Below are positions 36,143 through 44,691 of a DNA stretch of 64,000 nt, piece by piece; positions within the stretch are counted from its first letter, which is position 1, and the number at the start of each line of letters is the position of its first letter. The stretch spans positions 2,331 through 66,330 of the IMG/VR virus record IMGVR_UViG_3300044846_002605, one strand, 5' to 3'. Below the pieces are notes generated by a model, which was not told the origin of the DNA, did not search any database, and saw nothing but the letters and a program-made list of their open reading frames with translations. This stretch comes from a virus. The position numbers and the translations under genes are program-made.

Positions 36143-37231
36143 TTAACACACTGGTGTAGGTGTCGGTATTGTTTCAACGCATGGTCCTATAAATCCGGTT
36201 AATCCGTCTATGATAATCCAAAATCCTCCAATCTCATTTGGATCATTTGCATTAATGCTAATTGGATATTCCTCCGTTGTTTTGAAAAAAGGTCGTGCAT
36301 CTTGATTACTTGATGAAACACTATCGTGAACATTAACTGCAGATTTAAAATCTGTGACTTGATGACCTTCTGTTACATTAGAAACTGCATAATTTAATGC
36401 AGATGTGCTCCACGCTCCTGGGCGGCATCCTGAAACAAAACTTTCTTCTAAATCTGCAAGACATCCCCACACTAAAGTACCTGCAGGACTAATACCAACA
36501 TTTGCAAAAGAAGTTAATACTGTATTACAACTACCGGTATCCATAGCTCTCCAGTTTAATCTCCATCCAATGCTGTAACTATTGTCTAAAACATACCCGG
36601 CAGGTAAAACTGAAGCAGGAATTACACTATTTCCATTATTAAAAGTTAAACCTCCAGATGTACTTATACTAACACCACCTGATCCAGTATATGGTTTTTT
36701 ACCATGAGCGGGAGATGTAGGAGATGATACGCCTTCATAAGTATTTGTACCTTGTTTATATAACCATGTTACAACAGAACCAACTTTAGTAAAATCTTCT
36801 AATGGGATAACTACACTACCTCTAAAGTGCAAAACATTCCCAATACGTCTTACTTGTGGTCTTTTAACCGTCATAGTAGGATCCGTAGAGTAGTGATTAA
36901 AACCAAGTAAATTTACCCATCCTGTATCTTGTACTTTTGCACTCAACACGCCTGCAGTATAACTAAGATCTACAGTTGTTGTATCTTCAATAGATGTAGG
37001 TATTCCGGCAGCACCTTGTGGTCCGGCAGGACCAATGGCTCCCGGAGTTCCAGCTGCACCACTAGCACCTTGAGGCCCTTGTACTCCTTGAGGACCAGGT
37101 GCACCTTGCAACCCTTGAATACCCTGTGGTCCAACGGGACCTTGCGGACCAGCCGGTCCAACAAATCCTCTTGGTCCTCTTAGTTTTATCTCATTGCTCT
37201 TGCAATCACAACTTCCTTTACAATTACACAT
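36143..37231 (-). CDS. Collagen-like fibre protein with C-terminal receptor-binding-type domain
   Basis: Cys-rich N-terminus ([10 protein letters not shown]), about 19 Gly-X-Y triplets, DTTTVDL neck, and DTGW...[12 protein letters not shown] head typical of phage fibre tips. Confidence 0.7.
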   Translation of the reverse strand: MCNCKGSCDCKSNEIKLRGPRGFVGPAGPQGPVGPQGIQGLQGAPGPQGVQGPQGASGAAGTPGAIGPAGPQGAAGIPTSIEDTTTVDLSYTAGVLSAKVQDTGWVNLLGFNHYSTDPTMTVKRPQVRRIGNVLHFRGSVVIPLEDFTKVGSVVTWLYKQGTNTYEGVSSPTSPAHGKKPYTGSGGVSISTSGGLTFNNGNSVIPASVLPAGYVLDNSYSIGWRLNWRAMDTGSCNTVLTSFANVGISPAGTLVWGCLADLEESFVSGCRPGAWSTSALNYAVSNVTEGHQVTDFKSAVNVHDSVSSSNQDARPFFKTTEEYPISINANDPNEIGGFWIIIDGLTGFIGPCVETIPTPTPVC

Positions 37232-37243
37232 ATCATTTATTAT

Positions 37244-39013
37244 TTATGGACAAACTGGGACACTTATTCCTAAAGCTGTAAGAGCAGCAACTATTTGATC
37301 TCTATAGTAAGTTGGTGTACTTCCAGCCAGTGTGTCTAAATTACAGTTAAAGTTTATTGAGTAGTAGTCAGATACATTATTAGGAACATTGTATGCACCG
37401 TTGTTTATAAAAGTAGCTTTAGTCAACTCACGGAATCCCGGATAAAGATTAGGACCTGTATTTACTCTAAAAGCAGTTCCTTTTATTGTGTATGCAACAG
37501 TGGACATTATATTTCTTAAATAAGCAATATCTGTGTCATAGCCTGCTGTACGCGAAGCATTATTAAATGGTGCAGATCCTCCGTAACCATATATGTTAGA
37601 TTCATCAGCAAAAGTTAAATTTATTACTTGATCAACTGTTGTGTCTGTTGCTCTTTGAAAATTTCTTTCTTCTGCTAAACATCTAATAAATCTTTCATTA
37701 TAATCCCATCCTGTTCCGGAGAACATATTTAAAACCTTGACTCTTTCATTATAGAGAGTTACATCATTATTGTAAATAGGTAATAAACATGCTTGAAGAA
37801 TAGTTGATTGCATAATCTGCAAAGGTTGCAATGTTGTATTCATTGAACCTGAATTATCAAACCAAATATTTATTTCAGTAGTACTTGTTAATGGGTTTCC
37901 TTGACCACACGGAATAGAATCTGTAACAATACATTGTGGTGCACCATTACAAAAATCTACAGGTCCACCATCTGGACAAGTCCAAGTAATAGTTTCACCC
38001 GGAGCCGCAATTAATAAGGGTGGAGTTTGTATCAAACTTTCAGTAGTAAATTCAATAAATGGCGCAAAATCTGCTAATGTAACAGCAGTACTGGTCATAA
38101 ATGCATGCATTGTTTGATTTACAGGCCAAACATCTCCAGGAGAACCAACAGGTATATTATAAATTTCAGCTCCAAATGCCGCAGGTGTTCCAAAATCATA
38201 ACCGGATAATTGCAAAATATGATTTCCTGCAGGTAATGTAATTGGAAACATGTGCCACAAAGTAAAAGTTCTTGTTACACCTGCACTTTGAGGAGTACCG
38301 CTTGGATTAAATGAAGCCCATAAATTCACAAGATCAAAATTAGTTACACCTCCCATAAACGTTGAAGATGTAATACTCGCTCTAATTTGATTATCTCCTG
38401 CAATAGCAAATATGTATGTTTGCTCATTAGGTATATTAATACAAAATTCTACAGGCAACCACTGATTAATTCCATATCCTGTAGCCCATAGACCTATATT
38501 GTTTAACCTGTCATTATTAGCACCAGTGTTAACAAATACGGTATTCCCTGCTACAGCTACTTCATCAATATTTAAAAGCGTTCCAACACCTGCATTATCA
38601 TAAACTTGATAACCAAGAGTACACCCAGGTGATCCTACAGGACATAGAGTAGAATCCGACCACCCATTTAAAGGAAAAGGTTTAGCTGAAATATCTTCAT
38701 ATAATCTGGCTCCTGAACTTCCATAAGCTGGACTTTGGCCACCGGCAATAATAGGAACAGTAGTTCCACCGGTTGCAATTGCGGGAACTACGCTTGTTGA
38801 TTCACACGAATTTGTTGCAGGGTTAAATGTGTATCCATCTGGACATTGACAAGGGCATGTTATAGGACACCAATTAGTTCCATCAAAATAACTTATGATA
38901 CAAAGATTTGGATTAAGCAAACGGTAAGTTACTCCATCAATTTCCAATATGCTAATATTGCAATTACATGGATCTACCCAATTTGTACCATCAAATATTT
39001 TAAAGTTGCTCAT
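37244..39013 (-). CDS. Putative adhesin/fibre protein with Cys-rich modules, beta-sandwich region and C-terminal vWA domain
   Basis: FDGTNW twice; CQCPDGYTFNPATNSC; MIDAS-like INIWFDNSGSM and a downstream LTFADES. Confidence 0.6.
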   Translation of the reverse strand: MSNFKIFDGTNWVDPCNCNISILEIDGVTYRLLNPNLCIISYFDGTNWCPITCPCQCPDGYTFNPATNSCESTSVVPAIATGGTTVPIIAGGQSPAYGSSGARLYEDISAKPFPLNGWSDSTLCPVGSPGCTLGYQVYDNAGVGTLLNIDEVAVAGNTVFVNTGANNDRLNNIGLWATGYGINQWLPVEFCINIPNEQTYIFAIAGDNQIRASITSSTFMGGVTNFDLVNLWASFNPSGTPQSAGVTRTFTLWHMFPITLPAGNHILQLSGYDFGTPAAFGAEIYNIPVGSPGDVWPVNQTMHAFMTSTAVTLADFAPFIEFTTESLIQTPPLLIAAPGETITWTCPDGGPVDFCNGAPQCIVTDSIPCGQGNPLTSTTEINIWFDNSGSMNTTLQPLQIMQSTILQACLLPIYNNDVTLYNERVKVLNMFSGTGWDYNERFIRCLAEERNFQRATDTTVDQVINLTFADESNIYGYGGSAPFNNASRTAGYDTDIAYLRNIMSTVAYTIKGTAFRVNTGPNLYPGFRELTKATFINNGAYNVPNNVSDYYSINFNCNLDTLAGSTPTYYRDQIVAALTALGISVPVCP

Positions 39014-39016
39014 AAA

Positions 39017-39508
39017 TTATGGTGTGCATGATTGAATCCAAATATCACCAGGTCTTAGTGCATTATTTCCAGGAATAAAGTTTATACCAAATCCGTCAAT
39101 ACCGCCATATTGCGCATTAAAGTCTGCTGGAGTTGGTTGGCTAGTTTGAACAAATACAGCAACTCCGCGACCAGAAAGACCTTGATCACCTTGTAAACCT
39201 TGTGCACCAGTTGCTCCCGGTGCTCCATCATTACCGTTTGTTCCATCAATACCATTTGCTCCGGGTAATCCGCCTATTCCTGGTAGTCCTTGTGGCCCTA
39301 TTGGCCCTTGGATTCCTTGCGGCCCTTGAGGTCCGGTTAATCCAGTCAAACCTTGAGCACCAGACGGTCCTTGTGGACCAGTTAAACCAATTGGTCCTTG
39401 CTCGCCTTGATCTCCTTTATCACCTTTATAACCTCTTGGGCCACGCAGCCCTTTAGGAATTACATTGCAATTTCCAGAGCATTTATTATTTCCGCAGTTT
39501 TCACACAT
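39017..39508 (-). CDS. Short collagen-like protein
   Basis: Cys-rich N-terminus, about 30 Gly-X-Y triplets, C-terminal VFVQTSQP...RPGDIWI motif common in phage fibres. Confidence 0.75.
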   Translation of the reverse strand: MCENCGNNKCSGNCNVIPKGLRGPRGYKGDKGDQGEQGPIGLTGPQGPSGAQGLTGLTGPQGPQGIQGPIGPQGLPGIGGLPGANGIDGTNGNDGAPGATGAQGLQGDQGLSGRGVAVFVQTSQPTPADFNAQYGGIDGFGINFIPGNNALRPGDIWIQSCTP

Positions 39509-39518
39509 GTCTAAAAAT

Positions 39519-40316
39519 TTATGCTAATACAACAACTCTTACTCTTACAGGTGTTTCAACAGCTGTTATATTTAACTGAATTCGTACTGTTCCTGTTGCA
39601 TCTACTATTTTTAGATCATAACCTTGATCTGTACTAAAATATGGCAAATTTGGTATTTTGTACCAAATTCCTGAGTCTAAATAATAAACTTGAAAATGCA
39701 AATCACAAACTTCATCAACTAAACTATCATTTCCCAAACACGCAGTTGGAACCAAACCACAAGCTTCTAATTGTGGTCTAGTAATATCAATAAAATCACC
39801 ACCTAAAACTGAAAGTTCTTCATAAACAAATTTATACGCAGTTGTGCCATTTGTTCCCGGTTCACCTTGTGGACCTTCTGGTCCCGTTTCTCCTTGGATT
39901 CCTTGTGGACCTTCTGGGCCTTCCGGTCCTGGAGTTAATTGAATATTGCAAATAAAATTCACTACAGCTTCTAATGCTTCTTGTATAGCTGATCCGGCAG
40001 GAACAATTACTATATCTCCGCAAAAAATATCACTAGTGGTAACTAACCCGCTTTGTGCACAGAAATAATTTACAATTTGGTTTAGAGCTGTAGAAACAGA
40101 TGCATTCTGTGTTACTACAGTATCATTACCACATTGAATTGCAGCATCTGTATAAATTATACATTTACTGTCTGTAATTTCAGTACATGGTTGAGGTGTA
40201 GGGCACACCGGTTCCTCACAACCACAAGCACATTCACAATTAACTTGTGCAGTTGAATTGTGTACATGCGTACTTGGTACTACATGATTATTTTGTTGAC
40301 AAGATGAACATCCCAT
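39519..40316 (-). CDS. Cys-rich collagen-containing fibre protein
   Basis: Cys-rich N-terminal half with a duplicated IxCG...AL...VN(Y/F)xC unit, about 10 Gly-X-Y triplets and a beta-rich C-terminus. Confidence 0.65.
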   Translation of the reverse strand: MGCSSCQQNNHVVPSTHVHNSTAQVNCECACGCEEPVCPTPQPCTEITDSKCIIYTDAAIQCGNDTVVTQNASVSTALNQIVNYFCAQSGLVTTSDIFCGDIVIVPAGSAIQEALEAVVNFICNIQLTPGPEGPEGPQGIQGETGPEGPQGEPGTNGTTAYKFVYEELSVLGGDFIDITRPQLEACGLVPTACLGNDSLVDEVCDLHFQVYYLDSGIWYKIPNLPYFSTDQGYDLKIVDATGTVRIQLNITAVETPVRVRVVVLA

Positions 40317-40340
40317 TTTTAGTAATTTTTAATTTTATAA

Positions 40341-41168
40341 TTATGCAGGTACTGGACCACCACCGTTAGTTGCTTCCCACCATTTTAAATATGTTTCTGC
40401 AGAAGCAATTATCATTTCACAACCGTTACACTGAATAACAAGTCCCAAATTTACAATAACTCCTAAAATATTTAAGTAGTCTTCAGCAGTTAATTCTGGA
40501 TGGTTTAATTGCAGATAGTTAAACAAAATACCTAATCCGCTGTATCCATTAAATGATGAGGACTCTAAGATTCCAATTTGAAAAAGATCATCCAAATAAA
40601 AATTAGCACTTGATGAACTTGATGCATCAAACCATTGTTGGAATGCTTCATTAAAATCAGTATGACAACAAGGAAAATCATTACCACCAAGTGATTCCAA
40701 TACCTTTAACCACGTTTCAACAGTAGTCGCATGTTCTAAACAGCAAATTCTTGTTGTTGAATAACGTATAAACTCCTGTACCTGTAAAAAACTTTGCGCA
40801 CCACCTAAATAGTATATTCCATTTTTGCAATCAGGACAACAAAGATTTTTGTTATTTGAAATAGATATTCCTCCAGATAATGTTTCAATCAATGCTGTAG
40901 TTACATCTAAAGTAAATTTAAGTTGTCTATCAGGAACTGCATCAACAGGATATTTAATTCCAACTCCAGCATTAACTGCAATGTCACCTATTGGAACTTT
41001 AACAATTTCTTCTCCTTTTGAAATCTTTGCTAAAATTTGCAATACTGTAAGATTATCTGAATCAGTTCCTACCAAAGAAAATACTCCTTTCATCATGTAG
41101 ATCAAAGGATTGATACATGTAGTTACTTCACATGTACACTTACTTGTTTTACATTTTTTACAACTCAT
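40341..41168 (-). CDS. Cys-rich hypothetical protein, paralog of 41180..41908
   Basis: Shares CxxPxxY, CCPDC, PCCxTDF and ETxLKWWEAT motifs with its neighbour. Confidence 0.7.
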   Translation of the reverse strand: MSCKKCKTSKCTCEVTTCINPLIYMMKGVFSLVGTDSDNLTVLQILAKISKGEEIVKVPIGDIAVNAGVGIKYPVDAVPDRQLKFTLDVTTALIETLSGGISISNNKNLCCPDCKNGIYYLGGAQSFLQVQEFIRYSTTRICCLEHATTVETWLKVLESLGGNDFPCCHTDFNEAFQQWFDASSSSSANFYLDDLFQIGILESSSFNGYSGLGILFNYLQLNHPELTAEDYLNILGVIVNLGLVIQCNGCEMIIASAETYLKWWEATNGGGPVPA

Positions 41169-41179
41169 TTTCTTTTAAT

Positions 41180-41908
41180 TTATGCTTGTAATGGTGGTGT
41201 TACAGTTCCACATCCGCCTGTAGCTTCCCACCATTTTAAAAATGTTTCAATTGAACCAATAATTACATTGCAATCACAACAGTAAGCAACAAAACCTTTA
41301 TCTATAATGCGGTCAAATACTTCTGATAATGTTGCACCTTGCAATAAATCTTCCGGAGTATTAACAAACAATTCATAAATTTTGCAAAGCAAAGTATTTC
41401 CATCAAAACCATTTGCTTCTACAACCCCTTTATCAAGTATTCTATCTAAATTAGCAATAGTTGAAAATTGATTTAAACATGATTCAAAATCAGTTTTACA
41501 ACATTCTGGTTGATCAACTTGCCAAGCTTGATTGTATTTTAAATAAGTTTCTATACTTGCTTGAACGTTTGTACAACATGGTTGATTTGTATCATCCTTT
41601 ACCCAACCTATAGCCTCAGCTAATTTTAAAAATGATTCAACACTCGCTAAAGCATAAATTGGATTTTCAGTGCAATCAGGGCAACATACATTTGCTGCAC
41701 TTGATGCCACTAAACCTTTATCTGTTAACCTATCAAAATGTTCTGCTACAGAAGATGTGTCATCAAGTAATGCTTGATTAACCGCCATGTTCCACGCATA
41801 TGTAAATGGATCTACACATCCATCAACTATAGGAACAATCGGTGTTGGACATTCAACAGGAGTTTTAATTTTAATCGCATTGTTTTGCGGAGTACATTTC
41901 TTTTTCAT
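41180..41908 (-). CDS. Cys-rich protein with internal repeats, paralog of 40341..41168
   Basis: DRxxDKGxV three times and (A/G)S(I/V)E(S/T)(F/Y)LK three times. Confidence 0.7.
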   Translation of the reverse strand: MKKKCTPQNNAIKIKTPVECPTPIVPIVDGCVDPFTYAWNMAVNQALLDDTSSVAEHFDRLTDKGLVASSAANVCCPDCTENPIYALASVESFLKLAEAIGWVKDDTNQPCCTNVQASIETYLKYNQAWQVDQPECCKTDFESCLNQFSTIANLDRILDKGVVEANGFDGNTLLCKIYELFVNTPEDLLQGATLSEVFDRIIDKGFVAYCCDCNVIIGSIETFLKWWEATGGCGTVTPPLQA

Positions 41909-41909
41909 C

Positions 41910-42422
41910 TTATCCGCCTATTAAAAGATTAACCTGTGCTTGCAATGCAGAAATTTGTTGTTGCATTTGCGCTAAAGCATTATTCTGAGTTTGAATCAAT
42001 ATTTGTTGATCACATAGTTTAACGCCAATTGCGGTTACATACTCAGTCATTGACATAACTGTTCCGTACTGTTGTTGAAAACATGCAGCTACTGCCATTT
42101 CGCATTCAGGACAACCAGTAGTTCCACCTGCTGTTACAGATGTTCCCAAATTGACTTTTGCAACAGTATCAATAAGTAATTGAATAAGCTCAACAAAATT
42201 TGCTGGTGGACATTCTTTATCTATCAGTTCTGATAAATCATAAGATTGAACATCAAGCATTTCAAAGATTTTGCAAATTCTTTTAGCTAATTCATTTATG
42301 ACATCACTAATTGTATCACCATGACACAAATTAATGCAACATAAATCTGGTCCTTGCCATACAACGCAATTGCTTGTTGTTACAGCGCATCCAGAACTTC
42401 TAGTATTTGTTGGCTTTCCCAT
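41910..42422 (-). CDS. Cys-rich protein with C-terminal coiled coil
   Basis: CAVTTSNCVVWQGPDLCC...IC resembles the Cys module of 39519..40316; heptad-like C-terminus ALAQMQQQISALQAQVNLL. Confidence 0.65.
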   Translation of the reverse strand: MGKPTNTRSSGCAVTTSNCVVWQGPDLCCINLCHGDTISDVINELAKRICKIFEMLDVQSYDLSELIDKECPPANFVELIQLLIDTVAKVNLGTSVTAGGTTGCPECEMAVAACFQQQYGTVMSMTEYVTAIGVKLCDQQILIQTQNNALAQMQQQISALQAQVNLLIGG

Positions 42423-42428
42423 AGCTAA

Positions 42429-42440
42429 TAATATACAAAT
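42429..42440 (-). promoter_or_regulatory. Candidate phage late-promoter motif (ATTTGTATATTA)
   Basis: Related copies on the minus strand at 28940-28950, 36032-36043, 46305-46317 and 52954-52967, each in an intergenic gap just upstream of a gene. Confidence 0.45.
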
Positions 42441-42461
42441 TTTTAATTTAATTTCCTAATT

Positions 42462-43913
42462 TTAATTACAGTCTGCACCTTCAGCAAACTGCACTTGCAG
42501 TAAATCCTGAGTAGTTGTTAGGATATAAATATCAGTTGATGTTTGACCGGTTATTCCGCATACATAAACATCATAAGCTGTACTCACTTCATAAAACATA
42601 ACTGTTCTCTGAACACTAGCGCAATCCTTAAAATATAACCAACCTTCTACTCCCATTGGAATTGTTACTGAATATTGTTTACATGTGCCCGGAAGCGGTG
42701 CTATTGGACAACATGCATCTGGATCCTCCGCAATATCCATTTTTAAGATTTCATGTTCTATGGTTGATTGCATTAGATCTGTAGGACAACAGAATTGTAT
42801 TCCATATCTGAGGGCTAATACTTTTTCATAGTTTGCATCTCCAAATGCACAGAATATTTGTTCTGCATCAAAAGGTTCTGCATTATTTACAATGAAATCC
42901 GGATAAATTGTTTTGTGATTTGTAATCGGAGGAATTACTTCTGGTTTTGGCAAACATTCTTTACATGTACTCACACATTCAGTTTGTACAAAAAAGTCTT
43001 GCCAAAGTATTTCTTCCCATTCTTCAAAACACTCTGCTTCTGTTACGCGGTAGCATCCGGTAATAACATTTGCATTAATGTCTTTAATAGTTGTTAAAAC
43101 AACTTCTAAAAAGTCATCTGGATGATTGTCATTACTTGTTTCTCCTTTAAATACAAATACAGCAGGTAATCCATTTATAACCAAAGGTTCGCCTGTTGAA
43201 CAACAAGTCAATTGGTATCTTTCTTCTGGATAATTTAAAAAAGGATCTATTGTTGGAACAACTGGCTCAATTGCTTTGCAAATGTAAGATTGAAATCTTC
43301 CGCTTTGCCATGGTGTTATTGCACCTTCTTCAGCTGGAATTGAGTTTGTTGAATTAAGAGTGTCAATAATAGTTGATACATCTCCTAAAACAGTTGATGA
43401 ATACCAAACTTGATTATCTACCGAAAACCAAATAAATACAACTGGTTCTGTCCAAGTATTAAGAATCTCATAATAATTATGTCCACCGTATGAACCAGTT
43501 GGTCCTACAAAAGAATAAATAGGTTGACCTAGTGCAATATCACCAACGCCCACCCATTGAAAAAATAATGAGTTACATGAAGTATTACAATCACAGCACA
43601 TTGGTGTTGTCGTTACCGCAGTGTAAATAGCATCATACCAATTTTGTGTATTTGCTGGATCTGGTCCAGCTGGTGGATTTGCAGCTTTTAAAATAAAACA
43701 ACCATTGGTTACATTACCTGATGAATCTGTAAAACTTGTTATTATTTCAGGCTGATTTACAAGATCTATAGGCGCAATACCAAAATGAGTTCCCGTGTAT
43801 TTAATATACACAGGCTGTCCCGCATAAGGATGTCCTGTAGGATACACATACGCTTGATTGCTGCAACAATCTACAACAGTATAGTAATAAGCTTTATCTA
43901 GATCTTTAGCCAT
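42462..43913 (-). CDS. Cys-rich structural protein (possible tail hub/fibre-attachment protein)
   Basis: 483 aa with two CC...GC(F/Y)...CxxC modules and an LRYGIQFCC segment; position matches the hub genes after the auxiliary capsid gene. Confidence 0.5.
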   Translation of the reverse strand: MAKDLDKAYYYTVVDCCSNQAYVYPTGHPYAGQPVYIKYTGTHFGIAPIDLVNQPEIITSFTDSSGNVTNGCFILKAANPPAGPDPANTQNWYDAIYTAVTTTPMCCDCNTSCNSLFFQWVGVGDIALGQPIYSFVGPTGSYGGHNYYEILNTWTEPVVFIWFSVDNQVWYSSTVLGDVSTIIDTLNSTNSIPAEEGAITPWQSGRFQSYICKAIEPVVPTIDPFLNYPEERYQLTCCSTGEPLVINGLPAVFVFKGETSNDNHPDDFLEVVLTTIKDINANVITGCYRVTEAECFEEWEEILWQDFFVQTECVSTCKECLPKPEVIPPITNHKTIYPDFIVNNAEPFDAEQIFCAFGDANYEKVLALRYGIQFCCPTDLMQSTIEHEILKMDIAEDPDACCPIAPLPGTCKQYSVTIPMGVEGWLYFKDCASVQRTVMFYEVSTAYDVYVCGITGQTSTDIYILTTTQDLLQVQFAEGADCN

Positions 43914-43914
43914 T

Positions 43915-44055
43915 TTATTTCTTTATTTGTCCTTCAGCAATTTGCTGATTGACTGTATTAACACAAGCAGTGCAACAAGATTTACCATTTGTTGCATTTA
44001 CAATGTATGTTCCTGTACAAGTACATACTCCACAATTTTGACAATTTTGTGCCAT
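43915..44055 (-). CDS. Small Cys-rich protein (46 aa), not in the ORF track
   Basis: MAQNCQNCGVCTCTGTYIVNATNGKSCCTACVNTVNQQIAEGQIKK; fills the gap exactly with 1 bp spacers on both sides. Confidence 0.75.
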   Translation of the reverse strand: MAQNCQNCGVCTCTGTYIVNATNGKSCCTACVNTVNQQIAEGQIKK

Positions 44056-44056
44056 C

Positions 44057-44617
44057 TTAACAAAGTTTACATGAATAATTATCTAACAATTTTTTGGCAT
44101 AGTTGTATAAAACCATTGCCTGATCATGGTCTAAACAGTATTCAGCTTTTGCTTGAGCTGCATCTATATAGCCAGTAATCTCCATCAAAGATAAAAATTT
44201 ATTCTTAGTTTCTGGAACCGGCTCACATGCACTCAATTTAAGTTTACACCACTCCTCTTTTAGTTTTTTTCTTAAAGCTGTAACACGCAAATGATTGTAT
44301 TCAACATACATTTTATCATGCGGAGAAAGCGCATATTTGATTACATAAATTCCATCAGGTAATGAGTGAAACTCTGTACCACAACATTCAGTTTGTACTT
44401 TTAAATCACAAGCCGTGAGGTTAAAAATAAACCCTTTGTTGACTACCGGAATAGTAGTATCATTAAAAGTGACGCAATCTCTATATCCAGGTACTAATAC
44501 TTGGACAGTAGGGCAAACATAAGGCATGAGTGAGTCATACACACTTGTGTCTTCTATACGAAGAACACAGTCAGTCATAATGTTTGGAATATTTAAACTT
44601 AATGAATTTGTTGCCAT
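44057..44617 (-). CDS. Putative tail hub / collar protein
   Basis: 186 aa; LRIEDTSVY and LPDGIYVIKY motifs plus a helical C-terminus, like crAss-like genes following the auxiliary capsid gene. Confidence 0.55.
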   Translation of the reverse strand: MATNSLSLNIPNIMTDCVLRIEDTSVYDSLMPYVCPTVQVLVPGYRDCVTFNDTTIPVVNKGFIFNLTACDLKVQTECCGTEFHSLPDGIYVIKYALSPHDKMYVEYNHLRVTALRKKLKEEWCKLKLSACEPVPETKNKFLSLMEITGYIDAAQAKAEYCLDHDQAMVLYNYAKKLLDNYSCKLC

Positions 44618-44629
44618 AAGATTTTGATT

Positions 44630-44670
44630 AAAAAAAATGGAGAATAGAGAAAGCCTCCATTCTCCATTTT
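44630..44670 (-). terminator. Rho-independent terminator after the 44692..46272 gene
   Basis: AAAATGGAGAAT / ATTCTCCATTTT inverted repeat followed by a T-run on the minus strand. Confidence 0.7.
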
Positions 44671-44691
44671 AGGAAGATATTTTTTACAATC

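Noticed and set aside
36995-39930. GC-richer periodic repeats as a CRISPR array or tandem DNA repeat
   Set aside because: They are Gly-X-Y collagen codons with no constant repeat/unique spacer structure.
40341-41300. Similar 3' ends of the two paralogs as a diversity-generating retroelement TR/VR pair
   Set aside because: Differences are not adenine-specific, both copies are coding, and no reverse transcriptase is present in the window.
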